From the NCBI GenBank assembly GCA_046313635.1, contig JBKBYA010000008.1, positions 32,001-96,000 of the forward strand: a stretch of DNA of 64,000 bases, in the 5' to 3' direction. The stretch comes from Pyrinomonadaceae bacterium. Its GTDB lineage: Bacteria > Acidobacteriota > Blastocatellia > Pyrinomonadales > Pyrinomonadaceae. A program made the position numbers and the translations under genes. A model generated the notes under the pieces. It worked only from the letters and a program-made list of their open reading frames with translations, made no database searches and was not told the DNA's origin. Below are positions 49,848-59,900 of the stretch, piece after piece (within the stretch, counting starts at the first letter, position 1; each line of letters begins with the position of its first letter).

Positions 49848-50049
49848 TTTTGCCGCGGATGTTCGCCGACGGCGCGGATAAGGGTGTAGGTGGTCGAGCT
49901 GGATCCCTGCGTCCTTTTCAAGTCTCATCCGCGCCATCCGCGAATGTCCGCGGCAAAAGTTCTCTTTGTTTCGCGCCTCTTGCGTGTTTCGTAGGCGATT
50001 CCTGACCGCGGCCTGAGAACCCATCCGCTTACGCGGGCTTGTTATGACT
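49848..50049. repeat. Degenerate composite palindromic element downstream of recN
   Basis: Hairpin TTTTGCCGCGGA...TCCGCGGCAAAA (49848-49958), a TTTCGCG-type half arm (~49969-50001) and a REP-like unit (50017-50049). Confidence 0.75.
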
Positions 50050-51799
50050 AGCGGGCGGCGAGCAGCTCTTTGGCGTGCTTGCGGGCCGTGTCAGAGACGG
50101 TCTCGCCGGCGAGCATGCGGGCGATCTCTTCGACGCGTTCGGTCTTTGAGAGTTCGCGGATCTGCACCGTCGTACGGCCGCGATCGATCGATTTGCTGAC
50201 GGCGAAGTGGCGGTCTGCGAGCGATGCGATCTGCGGCTGGTGCGTGACGCAGAGCACCTGCTGCGAGCGGCTGAGCTCTTTGAGCTTTAGCCCGACGGCC
50301 TCGGCCACTCGGCCGCCGATGCCGACGTCGACCTCGTCAAAGACCGCGGCCTTGCCGGCAGTCTGCGCCTTACTGACCGTCTTGACGATCAGCATCAGAC
50401 GCGACGCCTCGCCGCCCGATGCGACGCGGGCGAGCGGCTTGGGCGACTCGCCGGGATTGGCCGAGAAATAGAACTCGACGCGGTCATAGCCGCGCGGCGA
50501 GAAGTATCTTTCCGCGGCGTCGTCTCCGACAGAAGAGGCACGCTCGGTTGCGGTCGCGTTTCTGCCCGGGGTTTCGTTCTCTGACTCGAACGGTGAGTCA
50601 ATGACGACCTTGAAACGCGCCTTTTCGAGAGCGACGGCCTTGAGTTCCTTTTCGGTTTCTTTTTCGAATCTCGCGGCCGCCTTGAGACGCGCGTCGTGCA
50701 GCTCGCCAGCGGCGGCGACGAATTCGCTTCTCGCCTCGTCGAGCTTTTTCTTGATCTGCTCCTCGTGAAACTCGGCGTTCTCGATCGAGTCCAGCTTCTG
50801 CTTCGACTCGGCGAGATGCTCGAGCACGGCGTCGATCGAGTCGCCGTATTTGCGTTTGAGCCGCGAGATCTCGGCAAGTCGTTGCTCGATCTCTTCGAGC
50901 CGCTCGGGCGAGAATTCGAGATGCGAAGAAAAGTCGCGCAGCGAGATCGCGAGGTCCGAGATCACGGCCTCGGCGTCGCGGAGCTGCTCGATGTAAGGCG
51001 CGAAGCGGCTGTCGTAGCGGGCGAGCTCCTCGACCTTGCGAGCCGCGCGCTCGAGCGTGGTGGTCGTCGACTCGGCGTTGTCGTAGAGCAGCGCGTACGA
51101 GTCTTCGCTGAGGCTCGAGAGCTTTTCGACGTTGTTGAGCCGGCGCTTTTCTTCTTCGAGCTCGACGTCCTCGCCGCTCTTCAAATGTGCCTTGCCGATC
51201 TCGTCGACCTGGAATTTCAGTATGTCGACAAGCTGCAGCTTTTCGGCCTCGTTCTGCCGAAGCGCGGCGAGCTCGCCGCGTATCTCGCTCCAGCGGCGAT
51301 ACGATCCGGCGACCTTTGCGCGCAGCGGCGCGAGGCGGCCGAATTCGTCTAAGAATTCGAGATGCGTCGACGTGTCAAACAAGGCGGCCTGCTCGCCCTG
51401 GCCGTGAATGTCGACGAGCAGCGAGCCGATGCGCTTGAGCAGGCCCTGGGTCGCAAGCTGGTTGTTGACGAAAATTCGATTCTTGCCCGAGCGCGAGAGT
51501 TCGCGGCGGATGATGATCTCGACATCGGTACCGTCCTCGAGCTCGATGCCCGCCTCGTCAAACGATCGCCGAAGCTCGTCGGTCGCGCGTACGGCAAACA
51601 GGCCCTCGATCCGCGCCGCGTCTTCGCCCTCCTTGATCAGGTCGGATGAGACGCGATCGCCCGTCAGCGAGCCGAGGCTGTCGACGATGATCGATTTGCC
51701 CGAGCCGGTCTCGCCCGTGAGCAGATTGAGCCCCGGGCCAAACTCGACCTCGAGCTGATCGATAAGCGCGATGTTGCGGATCTTGAGCAGATTCAGCAT
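50048..51799 (-). CDS. recN: DNA repair protein RecN
   Basis: LTGETGSGKS, IHGQ, ASGGEASR, FDEVDVGIGG, VTHQPQIA and EEIARMLAG. Confidence 0.96.
   Translation of the reverse strand: MLNLLKIRNIALIDQLEVEFGPGLNLLTGETGSGKSIIVDSLGSLTGDRVSSDLIKEGEDAARIEGLFAVRATDELRRSFDEAGIELEDGTDVEIIIRRELSRSGKNRIFVNNQLATQGLLKRIGSLLVDIHGQGEQAALFDTSTHLEFLDEFGRLAPLRAKVAGSYRRWSEIRGELAALRQNEAEKLQLVDILKFQVDEIGKAHLKSGEDVELEEEKRRLNNVEKLSSLSEDSYALLYDNAESTTTTLERAARKVEELARYDSRFAPYIEQLRDAEAVISDLAISLRDFSSHLEFSPERLEEIEQRLAEISRLKRKYGDSIDAVLEHLAESKQKLDSIENAEFHEEQIKKKLDEARSEFVAAAGELHDARLKAAARFEKETEKELKAVALEKARFKVVIDSPFESENETPGRNATATERASSVGDDAAERYFSPRGYDRVEFYFSANPGESPKPLARVASGGEASRLMLIVKTVSKAQTAGKAAVFDEVDVGIGGRVAEAVGLKLKELSRSQQVLCVTHQPQIASLADRHFAVSKSIDRGRTTVQIRELSKTERVEEIARMLAGETVSDTARKHAKELLAAR
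50537..50568. repeat. REP-like unit inside recN, near-identical to the one in hemW
   Basis: GGCACGCTC-ggttg-CGGTCGCGTTTCTGCCCG vs hemW GGCACGCTC-cctaa-CGGTCGCGTTTCTGCCCG (27/32). Confidence 0.85.
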
Positions 51800-51860
51800 A
51801 CGACGGCGACGCGTGGAAAATCAGAATAAGGTTTTTCGCCGCCGCGTGTCCATTTGCGCA

Positions 51861-52327
51861 GGTCAGAACCGCCCCGCGTAAGCGGGCGGGCTCCTGAGCG
51901 ACGGCAGAGAACTGCCCGCGAAAAACGCGAAAGGCCGCGAAAGGAAAGAAGAATTATCCGCCGCGGATCATCGCGGATAGCGCGGATAAGAAGTGATCAA
52001 AAACCAATTTCATTCTTATCCGCGCTTTCCGCGGTTTCCACGGCAAAACGGTTTTCGTTTTCGCGGGCTTTCGCGTTTTTCGCGGGCGATTCTTTTGCGC
52101 GGACCAAGAACCCACCCGCTCACGCGGGGCGGTTCTGACTTGGGGAACCCGCCCGCTCACGCGGGGCGGTTCTGACTTGGGGAACCCACCCGCTCACGCG
52201 GGGTGGTTCTGACTTGGGGAACCCGCCCGCTGACGCGGGGTGGTTCTGACTTGGGGAACCCACCCGCTCACGCGGGGCGGTTCTGACTTGGGGAACCCGC
52301 CCGCTGACGCGAGGCGGTTCTGACTTG
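51861..52327. repeat. Nested palindrome: REP, arm A, arm B, loop, B', A', six tandem 37-bp REP units
   Basis: REP 51861-51890. A 51914-51942 / A' 52059-52087 (28/29). B 51961-51996 / B' 52010-52043. Units GAACCCRCCCGCTSACGCGRGGYGGTTCTGACTTG(GG) start at 52108, 52145, 52182, 52219, 52256 and 52293. Confidence 0.92.
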
Positions 52328-52332
52328 TATGG

Positions 52333-53658
52333 TCACATCGGGCGGTTTTGGAGCGGGACGACGCCTTCGCCTTTGGTCCATTTGCCGCCGGAGAAGACGG
52401 CGTCGGGCGGGAATTCCCTTTCGAGATCTTTTGACGACCAGTCGATACGGCGGTCCTTTTTGTAAAAGAGCAGCTCGGCCAACTCGCCTCGTTTGAGAGA
52501 TCCGAATCTTTGTACGACCACAAACTTATCGGCCGCATAGTCCTCGAGTGCCGCGACATTCTTCAGATCGCCCAGATCGCGAATGGTCGCCGACTGCGTA
52601 AAGCTGGCCCGGCGGCGCGAGCGGACGACGCCGATGTCAACCGTCGCACGCTTTTGCGGGTCGGCCGCATCGATCACCGTCGCGGCGCGAAAGATGACGC
52701 TGTAGAGCGAGCCCGAGCTGTTTGGCCTGAGAGCGAGATAAGCGTCGGGGCTCAGCTTCTTTTCGCTGCCATCGGCGAGCGACGTGAGCGCGGTCACGAG
52801 GGCGACGAAGTTCATCTTGACCAGATACATCTCGTCGCGGCCGTGCAGCGCGCCGGTCTCGATAAGGATCACGGGCGTGCCCCACGCGGTAAAGTTGTCG
52901 CCGAATGCGGTCGACGTATATTCGTCGTCGTAGCGGCCGATATTCTCCGGGATGAAATTGTTCAGCGCGTGAACGATGCCGGCGGCGACGCGTTTGTTGC
53001 GTTCGAGACCTTCGCTCGACGTCCTCGCCGCATCGCCGTGAACGACGAGCAGCGAGATCGCCGCCTGCCTGCGCGTCGAGCCGACGGTCGTGAGTGCATT
53101 TTGGTTGTGAAGGTTGAATCCGATCGCCGGCTGCCACTCGTCACGGAGCCTTTTAAGAATCCGCGCCTCGGGCGTCGCAAGGTTGACGGCGTCGCGGTTG
53201 ATATCGATGTCCTGCAGATTGCGCCGCTGGTAGAGCTCGGTCCCGTCGGGGTTGAGCATCGGCACGGCGCGGATCGTAAGATTCTCTTCAATGCGTTTGA
53301 CCCAGTCCTTTTCGCGATGCCTTTGCAGGTACGCGAACATATCGACAAGCGCCGACGTCGCGGTCGGCTCGTCGCCGTGCATCTGCGACCACATAAAGAC
53401 CTTCAGCGGCCCGCGGCCGAATTCGATCTGAAAGATCTCGCGATTCGCATTGCTGCGGCCGACCTCGTCGACCTTGAGCCCGAGCTTCTTGAGCTCGTCG
53501 AGATAGGCGACGAGATCTTTGTGCCGCACGTCTGACGGCCGTATTCGCGATATGTGATGCTTGTCCCAGATCTCGGCGAGGTTCTTAGCCGAAGGTTGAG
53601 CAGATATTTGCATGGAAAGGATCAGCAATGCGATAGCCAGTGACGCTGCCAAATTCAT
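52333..53658 (-). CDS. M14 family zinc carboxypeptidase, exported
   Basis: SQMHGDE, PMLNPDG, DINRD, NLHNQ and ILIETG. Signal peptide from ATG 53658. Confidence 0.88.
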   Translation of the reverse strand: MNLAASLAIALLILSMQISAQPSAKNLAEIWDKHHISRIRPSDVRHKDLVAYLDELKKLGLKVDEVGRSNANREIFQIEFGRGPLKVFMWSQMHGDEPTATSALVDMFAYLQRHREKDWVKRIEENLTIRAVPMLNPDGTELYQRRNLQDIDINRDAVNLATPEARILKRLRDEWQPAIGFNLHNQNALTTVGSTRRQAAISLLVVHGDAARTSSEGLERNKRVAAGIVHALNNFIPENIGRYDDEYTSTAFGDNFTAWGTPVILIETGALHGRDEMYLVKMNFVALVTALTSLADGSEKKLSPDAYLALRPNSSGSLYSVIFRAATVIDAADPQKRATVDIGVVRSRRRASFTQSATIRDLGDLKNVAALEDYAADKFVVVQRFGSLKRGELAELLFYKKDRRIDWSSKDLEREFPPDAVFSGGKWTKGEGVVPLQNRPM

Positions 53659-53769
53659 AGATAAAAAGATAGCCCGACGAGCGTCAAAAACGCGAACGCG
53701 TCGTGAACTGCAGCCGCCCACGCAACGCCGCCGCTAACGCTCTCTCTCTCACGGTTGAGCTGCCGCACC

Positions 53770-55722
53770 TCACGCACGCCCCGAGCGCATCACTCGCAGC
53801 ACCTCGGCGACGCTCCATGCCTGGGCCGGGCAGCCGCGCGGAGCGTGCGGCGGTTCGGCGTCGAATATTTCGGAGATCTGCCCGAGGCCGGCCTCGGACA
53901 GATGCGGGCGAAAGCCGTCGAGGATCTCGGCGACGCGCCATTCGCGATCGGGAAATACCCGACGATACGCGTCGATAAAAGGCCCGATCAGCCACGCCCA
54001 GACCGTTCCCTGGTGATAGGCCGAGTCGCGCTCGAAAGGGCCGCCGATGTATCGCGGGACGTAGGCCGGATCACGCGGCGAGAGCGAACGCAGCCCGACC
54101 GGCGTGAGAAGCTCGGCCTCGACCTTTTCGACGACCTTGCGTGAGCGCTCGTCGTCGAGCATCGAGTACGGCAGCGAAACCGCAAGGATCTGATTCGGCC
54201 GGATCGCGGCGTCGCGATGGCCGTTCTCGACGACGTCAAACAGGCACTGCTCGTCGGCATTCCAAAAGACGGCGTTAAAGCTCAGCTCTGCAAGGTCGGC
54301 CATCGCACGGTAACGATCGCGGTCATCATGCTCGCCAAAACGCTCGGCAAGGTCGGCCATCGCTCGCAGGGCGTTGTACCAGAGCGCCTGTATCTCGACG
54401 GCCTTGCCCGTGCGCGGCGTGACGACGAGATCGCCGATCTTCGCGTCCATCCACGTGAGCTGCACGCCCGGCTCGCCGGCATATAGCAGGCCGTCGGTAT
54501 CGACGTGGATCCGGTAGCGTGTGCCGCGGAGGTGCCAGGTGACGATATCGGACAGATGTCGGTAGAGATTCTTTTTGACGAAGCGAAAATCTCCGCTCGC
54601 CTCCGCGTACGCGCGGACGGCCTCGACGTACCACAGCGTCGCGTCGACCGTGTTGTACTCGGCCGCTTCGCCCTCGTCGGGAAAGCGGTTGGGGATCATC
54701 CCCTGCGAGACGTGCCGCGAAAACTCAAGAAGGATCTCCTTGGCGAGCGTCGGCCGGCCGGTCGCCAGCGTGAGGCCGTTCAAAGCGATCATCGTGTCGC
54801 GTCCCCAATCGGAGAACCAAGGATAGCCGGCGATGACCGTGTGGCCGTCGCCGCGTGCGACCACGAACTGATCGGCGGCGAGCATCAGATCGCGCTCAAA
54901 TTCGGTCTGTGCCGAGGCGGTGAGTTTGCGGCGACGGCGGATCTCGGAGCGCTCGAGCCGGTCGACTTTTTTGACTGCTGGCGGCGGAGCGTCTCCGCAT
55001 TCGATCATCACGACCGCGTCGCTCGCCATGTCGAAAGTTAGCTCGAAGGGCTGAAAAAGGTCCTCGCAAAAGTCGAACCCGCGCTCGCTCTCGACCGCGA
55101 GTTCGAAGTCTCGGTACCAGTACCCGGTCGACGCGACCGAGCGGCCATTATGCCGCAAATGGAGCGGCGGCATTTCGGCGACGGGCCGCATCGTTACGAG
55201 ATCGCCGTCCGACGCAAAGTCGGTCGAGAATTCGCCGCCGGCTCGGCGCAGATGGTGGTAGTCGACAAAGGAGATGAGCGGCCGCAAGCGAAGCTCGATC
55301 TGCCTCGCGGACGGCCCGAGATCACGTACGCTCCAGCGGCAGACCGTGAGGTTGCGGCCGTTGACCATAAAGACGCGCTTTTCGATCTCGACTCCGTCGA
55401 CCGCAAACTTCCAGATCGGGAATGGGTCGAGACGAAACTCCTCGATCAGCTCAAAGCCGCGCGGATGAATCGTGCCGGGATAGCGATTGGCCGAGAGCTC
55501 GTGCTCGACGCCGTCGATAACGAGTGTCTCCTCGAGCTTGGCGACGGTCGTGATGCGGCCGAGCGGCGGACGCGTCGCGGCGGCAAGCAGCGAATGGTAC
55601 CGGCGCGTCAGGATGCCCGAGACCGTTCCCGACGCAAAGCCGCCGATACCGTTGGTCTCGATCCATTCGCGCGAGGCGGACTGCTCGACGTCGGAGCAGA
55701 CGGTCTTGTCGAGTACGATCAT
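53770..55722 (-). CDS. Glycogen debranching enzyme (amylo-alpha-1,6-glucosidase, GDE_N + GDE_C)
   Basis: REWIETNGIGGFASGT, IAGYPWFSDWGRDTMI, LTWMDAK, YHQGTVWAWL and QAWSVAE. Confidence 0.92.
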   Translation of the reverse strand: MIVLDKTVCSDVEQSASREWIETNGIGGFASGTVSGILTRRYHSLLAAATRPPLGRITTVAKLEETLVIDGVEHELSANRYPGTIHPRGFELIEEFRLDPFPIWKFAVDGVEIEKRVFMVNGRNLTVCRWSVRDLGPSARQIELRLRPLISFVDYHHLRRAGGEFSTDFASDGDLVTMRPVAEMPPLHLRHNGRSVASTGYWYRDFELAVESERGFDFCEDLFQPFELTFDMASDAVVMIECGDAPPPAVKKVDRLERSEIRRRRKLTASAQTEFERDLMLAADQFVVARGDGHTVIAGYPWFSDWGRDTMIALNGLTLATGRPTLAKEILLEFSRHVSQGMIPNRFPDEGEAAEYNTVDATLWYVEAVRAYAEASGDFRFVKKNLYRHLSDIVTWHLRGTRYRIHVDTDGLLYAGEPGVQLTWMDAKIGDLVVTPRTGKAVEIQALWYNALRAMADLAERFGEHDDRDRYRAMADLAELSFNAVFWNADEQCLFDVVENGHRDAAIRPNQILAVSLPYSMLDDERSRKVVEKVEAELLTPVGLRSLSPRDPAYVPRYIGGPFERDSAYHQGTVWAWLIGPFIDAYRRVFPDREWRVAEILDGFRPHLSEAGLGQISEIFDAEPPHAPRGCPAQAWSVAEVLRVMRSGRA

Positions 55723-55729
55723 TGTGAAT

Positions 55730-56836
55730 TCAATTGCCCGGGCCGGTCGTGATCTCTCGGTAGAGCCTCTCGGTCTCGTCGACCATCTTCTCGAGCGAAA
55801 AGCGCTCGAGCGCTCGAGAGCGCAATTCGCCGCCGAGCGATCTGAGCAGCGAGCTGTCGTCAAGCAGCTCGGAGACGCGCGCTGCGAGAGCCGTCGGGTC
55901 GCCGACCGGGACGAGCAGATCTTCGCGGCCGAGCAGCTCGCGTGAACCCTCGGTCGCGGTCGCGACGACCGCCCGGGCGTGAAGCATCGCTTCGAGCGTC
56001 GCGAGACCGAAACTCTCGGTCTGCGATGGAGAAACGTAAATATCGATAGCCGATAGCAGCGGCCGCAGGTCCTCGACCCAATCGAGCCAGACGATGCGGT
56101 CGTCGACGCCCATGACCCCCGCGAGACGCTTGAGCTGGCGGCGAAAGGTCTGTCCCGCCGACTCGTCGCGGCCCGCGACGACAAAACGCGCCTCGGGATG
56201 CCGCTTGAGGATCTCGGCGGCGGCGATGACGAATTCGCGTTGGCCCTTGAGCTCGGTCAGCTGGCCGATCGTGCCGATCAGAGGACTCGCTGCCGGCAGT
56301 CGATGAAACTCGCGAAACTCCGCCGCCGCACGTCCCGCATCCTCACCCGTGGTGGGCGCGGCGATGCCGTTGGCGATCGTCGTCACGCGCTCCGGACCAA
56401 AGATCGCCGCGAGCTGGTCGGCCGCGGCCGGCGATACCGCGATGGCGCGAGAGAGATTGCGAAGCGCGAATTTGTTAAACGGCTTGAGCGGAAAAAGCAC
56501 GTGGCGAGTCAGCACAAATTTCGTGTCGCGAGCGACCATCGACGCGATGCTCGCCGGTATGTAGTCGCGCGCGACGTGAGCGTGAATTATCTCGATCTCG
56601 TTCTCACGGGCAAAGTCGGCGATGCGCTTGGCGCTGAAGACACCGAACGAGTTGCGGATCGAGACCGTCAGAACGTTTTGCTCGGGCACGAAGTCGAGCC
56701 GCTCTCGCCAGCGGCAGGTCGGGCGCACCGCGACAAAAACGTCGTTGCCCCGCTCGGCAAGACCACGGCAGAGATCGACGAGATGCCGCTCGCCGCCGCC
56801 GTAGGTCACCGCCGACGAGATATGTAGTATTCGCAT
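55730..56836 (-). CDS. GT4 family glycosyltransferase
   Basis: GGGERHL, IGQLTELKG and ESFGLATLEAM (EX7E motif). Confidence 0.9.
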   Translation of the reverse strand: MRILHISSAVTYGGGERHLVDLCRGLAERGNDVFVAVRPTCRWRERLDFVPEQNVLTVSIRNSFGVFSAKRIADFARENEIEIIHAHVARDYIPASIASMVARDTKFVLTRHVLFPLKPFNKFALRNLSRAIAVSPAAADQLAAIFGPERVTTIANGIAAPTTGEDAGRAAAEFREFHRLPAASPLIGTIGQLTELKGQREFVIAAAEILKRHPEARFVVAGRDESAGQTFRRQLKRLAGVMGVDDRIVWLDWVEDLRPLLSAIDIYVSPSQTESFGLATLEAMLHARAVVATATEGSRELLGREDLLVPVGDPTALAARVSELLDDSSLLRSLGGELRSRALERFSLEKMVDETERLYREITTGPGN

Positions 56837-56868
56837 CGCTCAAAAAGGTTACAACGAAAAACGAAGGC

Positions 56869-56901
56869 AAAAAAAGGCACGCTCCAAAACTGAAGCGTGC
56901 C
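56869..56901 (-). terminator. Intrinsic terminator of the TonB-dependent receptor gene
   Basis: GGCACGCT/AGCGTGCC stem with A7 tract on + strand. Confidence 0.75.
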
Positions 56902-56926
56902 GCAGCTGTCTCGGTATCAAGCGAAA

Positions 56927-59900
56927 CTAGAACTGGAACCGAGCTCCCAACTGCATCTGGAAGACCTGGCTTCCGGGGTTGTTTGACACGATGATCTGAT
57001 CGCTCGTGTTTCGCACCCGAAGGAAGTTGGGATTGGTGATCCCGTCCAGTCCGCAGCGGTTGGGCTGACCGGCGACCGCCGCCGAACAGTAGTTTGTCTG
57101 TCCGCCGGAGATCTGCGTATTCGAGAAGTTGAAGATATTGAAGAACTCGGTAAAGAGGATCAAACGCTTCGTCTCGTCGAACCGGAAACCCTTTTGAACG
57201 CGGAGGTCGATGTCGTACGTCGGACGGTTTCGATAGAAGTTGCGCGGCAGCTCGATGCCGGGCACCAGGAACGGACGGTCATTGTTGAGACCGTCGCCGT
57301 TAAGGTCGCTGCCGACCGTCGTGTTGATCGGCGAACCTGAACGGATGCGGATCGCACTGCCGACCTCGAAGCCGAAAGGAGCGAAGAAGACAGGGTTTGC
57401 AACGAACTGGTGCGTCCGATCGAGACGCGACGGACCGAACTCGGCCCTCAGGTCGTACGGGTTGGTGTAAAGCACGCCGCCCGAGTCGCGCTCGTTGTCG
57501 TCGTCCGACCGGTTGCGCGACCACGTGTAATAGGCGTTGATCAAGCCCCACTTGCGGTTAAGACGCGTACGGAACGTGACCGCCTGGTAGAACGAGCGGG
57601 CCGACGACTCGCGGACCTGAACGCTGCTGAGCTGCGAGACCGGACGCGTGCGGTTGGTCCAGGTCGCAGTCGACGGGATGACCTGCGGCCGCGTGATACC
57701 GATGATCGGCCGCTGCGACGGGTCGAGCGCCGTGCTCAGCAGGATCGGTGCCGGCAGATTGACGTCGACGTTCCGCTGCAGGAAGTTTGTTCTGACCTGC
57801 GAATAGTCGATACCGATCACCCAGTTGGTCGCGACCTCTCGCTCGACGCCGAAGCCGAACTGGATCGATTCCGGATTCTTGAAGTTCGGATCGGTGCTCG
57901 TCACCTGGATGCCGTTGATGATGTTCGGATTGAACGACGGATTAATGGCCGCTCCGATCGTCTGCACCTGTGCGGGCGTCAGCGTCGGAAGCGAATCGAT
58001 CGCGACGTTGTTCAGGTTGATGCCGATGATCGCGAACTGACGATAGATCGTATTCGCCACGCAACGCGGATCGACCGGCGTCTGGTTTGGAACGCAGCCC
58101 GTGATCGCGATGTACTGCGCGGCTGCCGGCGTGTTCAGGAACGTGTTGAAGGCCGTCTGATTGAACGTGACGCCGCCGCTGCCGAGGATCGCGCGAACGT
58201 TGCCCGGCGGATTGCGGTAATTATTGATCGAGTCGGCAAGCAGGAGGAGCGGCGTGCGGGCATAGTAGATGCCGCTGAAAGCACGAACGACCGTCTTGCC
58301 GTCGCCTGCCGGGTCCCATGCAAAGCCGAGTCTCGGGCCCCACTGCCAGCCGCTGTCGGGGATCTGGGTCGGGTCGACACCTCGACCGCCCATCCGCGGG
58401 AACGAGGCGTTGCGAACCAGATTCACGAGGTCCGTATTGGAGACGTCCGGCTCGGGGTTGTACTGCTGCTCGGCCCGCAGACCGAAGTTAAGCGTGAATC
58501 GCGGCGTGAGCCTCCACGAATCCTGTGCAAAGAATGCGAGCTCCTGCACCTTGATCGCGGCCTGAAGGTTGCCGATCTGCTGGCGATAGATCGCACGCGT
58601 ATCGTCAAACCGGCCGAGGAATGTCGCCGGACTCGTCGAGTCGCGGGCCGACATGATCCGGAGCGTGTCGTTGATCGCCGAGCTGCTCGAGCCGATGCTA
58701 AGGCTGTACTCGCCCGTCTGCCCAAAGCCGAAGATCTGCTCGGCGTGGATGCGGCTGTATTCGCCGCCGAACTTCAAAGTGTGGTTGCCCGCGAGCCAAG
58801 TCAAGCTGTCGGCAAATTGGAGACGCGTGTCGAACTGCGTCGTCGGAAGGAAGTTGCGCGTGCCGAACTCACCGATGCCGGTAAAGACGTTCGGCTTGAG
58901 CTCGTTGGCCAGACGCGGGCGCTCCTCGCGTGCGTACTGGACGCGGAGGTCATTCACCACCGACGGCGTAAAATTGGTGACCAACTGGCTGACCGAGGAC
59001 CAATTCTTGTCTTGCTCGGTACCGTTGGTGCCCAGGGCACGGCTGGTCGTCGGGTCGAAGGAGGTCTCACCGGTCGAGACGCCGTTGAGAGCTTTGTTCT
59101 GGCTGTAGTTGAATCGAGTATTGAAGCGGTTGTTATTGTTGATGTTCCAGTCGATCTTTCCGAGTCCCGCGTAGGCGTCGTTGGTCTGGGTGAACGGAAC
59201 TTCTTGACCGCGGTAATAGTTGTAGACCGCGAGCTGCGTGGCGGTCGGTGTAATGCCGATCAGCGTCGGGTAAAGGATCTGACGCGGAGCACGGAAACGC
59301 TGCTGCTCGTAGGTGGCGAAGTAAAAGAGCTTGTCCTTGACAATCGGCCCGCCGATCGAACCGCCGAACTGCTGCAGGGTCGGGGCGAGCGTGGCGTCGA
59401 CGCCGGTCCGTCCGTTGACGACGATCTGGCTCAGACGCTGCTCCTGCAGGGCCTTGGCGTATGAGTTGCCGCGAGCGAGCTGCCGCGGGCGGATCTGGTA
59501 AAAGAGCGAACCGCGAAGGTTATTGGTGCCGCTCTTGGTAACGACGTTGACGATGCCGCCCGTCGATCGCCCGAACTCGGCGGAGTAGCCGGCCGCGACG
59601 ACCTGGAATTCGCGGATGCCCTCCTGCGGAATGGTAAATGACGAGTTTGAACGTTCGCCGCCGCGGATGCCGCCAAAGAAGGGCTGGTTAAAGTCGACAC
59701 CGTCGACGTTGATATTGCTGTTGATGCCGCGCTGGCCGCTCAGCGAGATCTGGCCGCGTGACGGGTCGACCTGTGCGGTCGGCGTCAGCGTGACGAAATC
59801 CTGAAAGCGGCGGCCGTTGATGGGCAGATTCGTGATGGCCGTTTCACTGATGACGGCGTCGGCGTTGCTCTGGGTCGTCTGCACGCCCTCGGCCGTCACC

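Noticed and set aside
52108..52327. 37-bp periodic array as a possible second CRISPR
   Set aside because: The units are head-to-tail with no unique spacers; it is a REP-type tandem repeat.
55723..56184. 154-aa N-terminal extension of the debranching enzyme overlapping the glycosyltransferase
   Set aside because: An Arg/Ser-rich off-frame read of the GT4 gene. The family-like sequence begins at ATG 55722, and unlike the 14291-14532 case I saw no compositional sign of dual coding.
57410..59464. 684-aa + strand ORF antisense to the TonB-dependent receptor (also 12421-14067, 43255-44670, 9847-11118 and similar)
   Set aside because: Shadow ORFs expected opposite genes with high GC3. They show no motifs, and the opposite strand carries a clearly recognisable protein.
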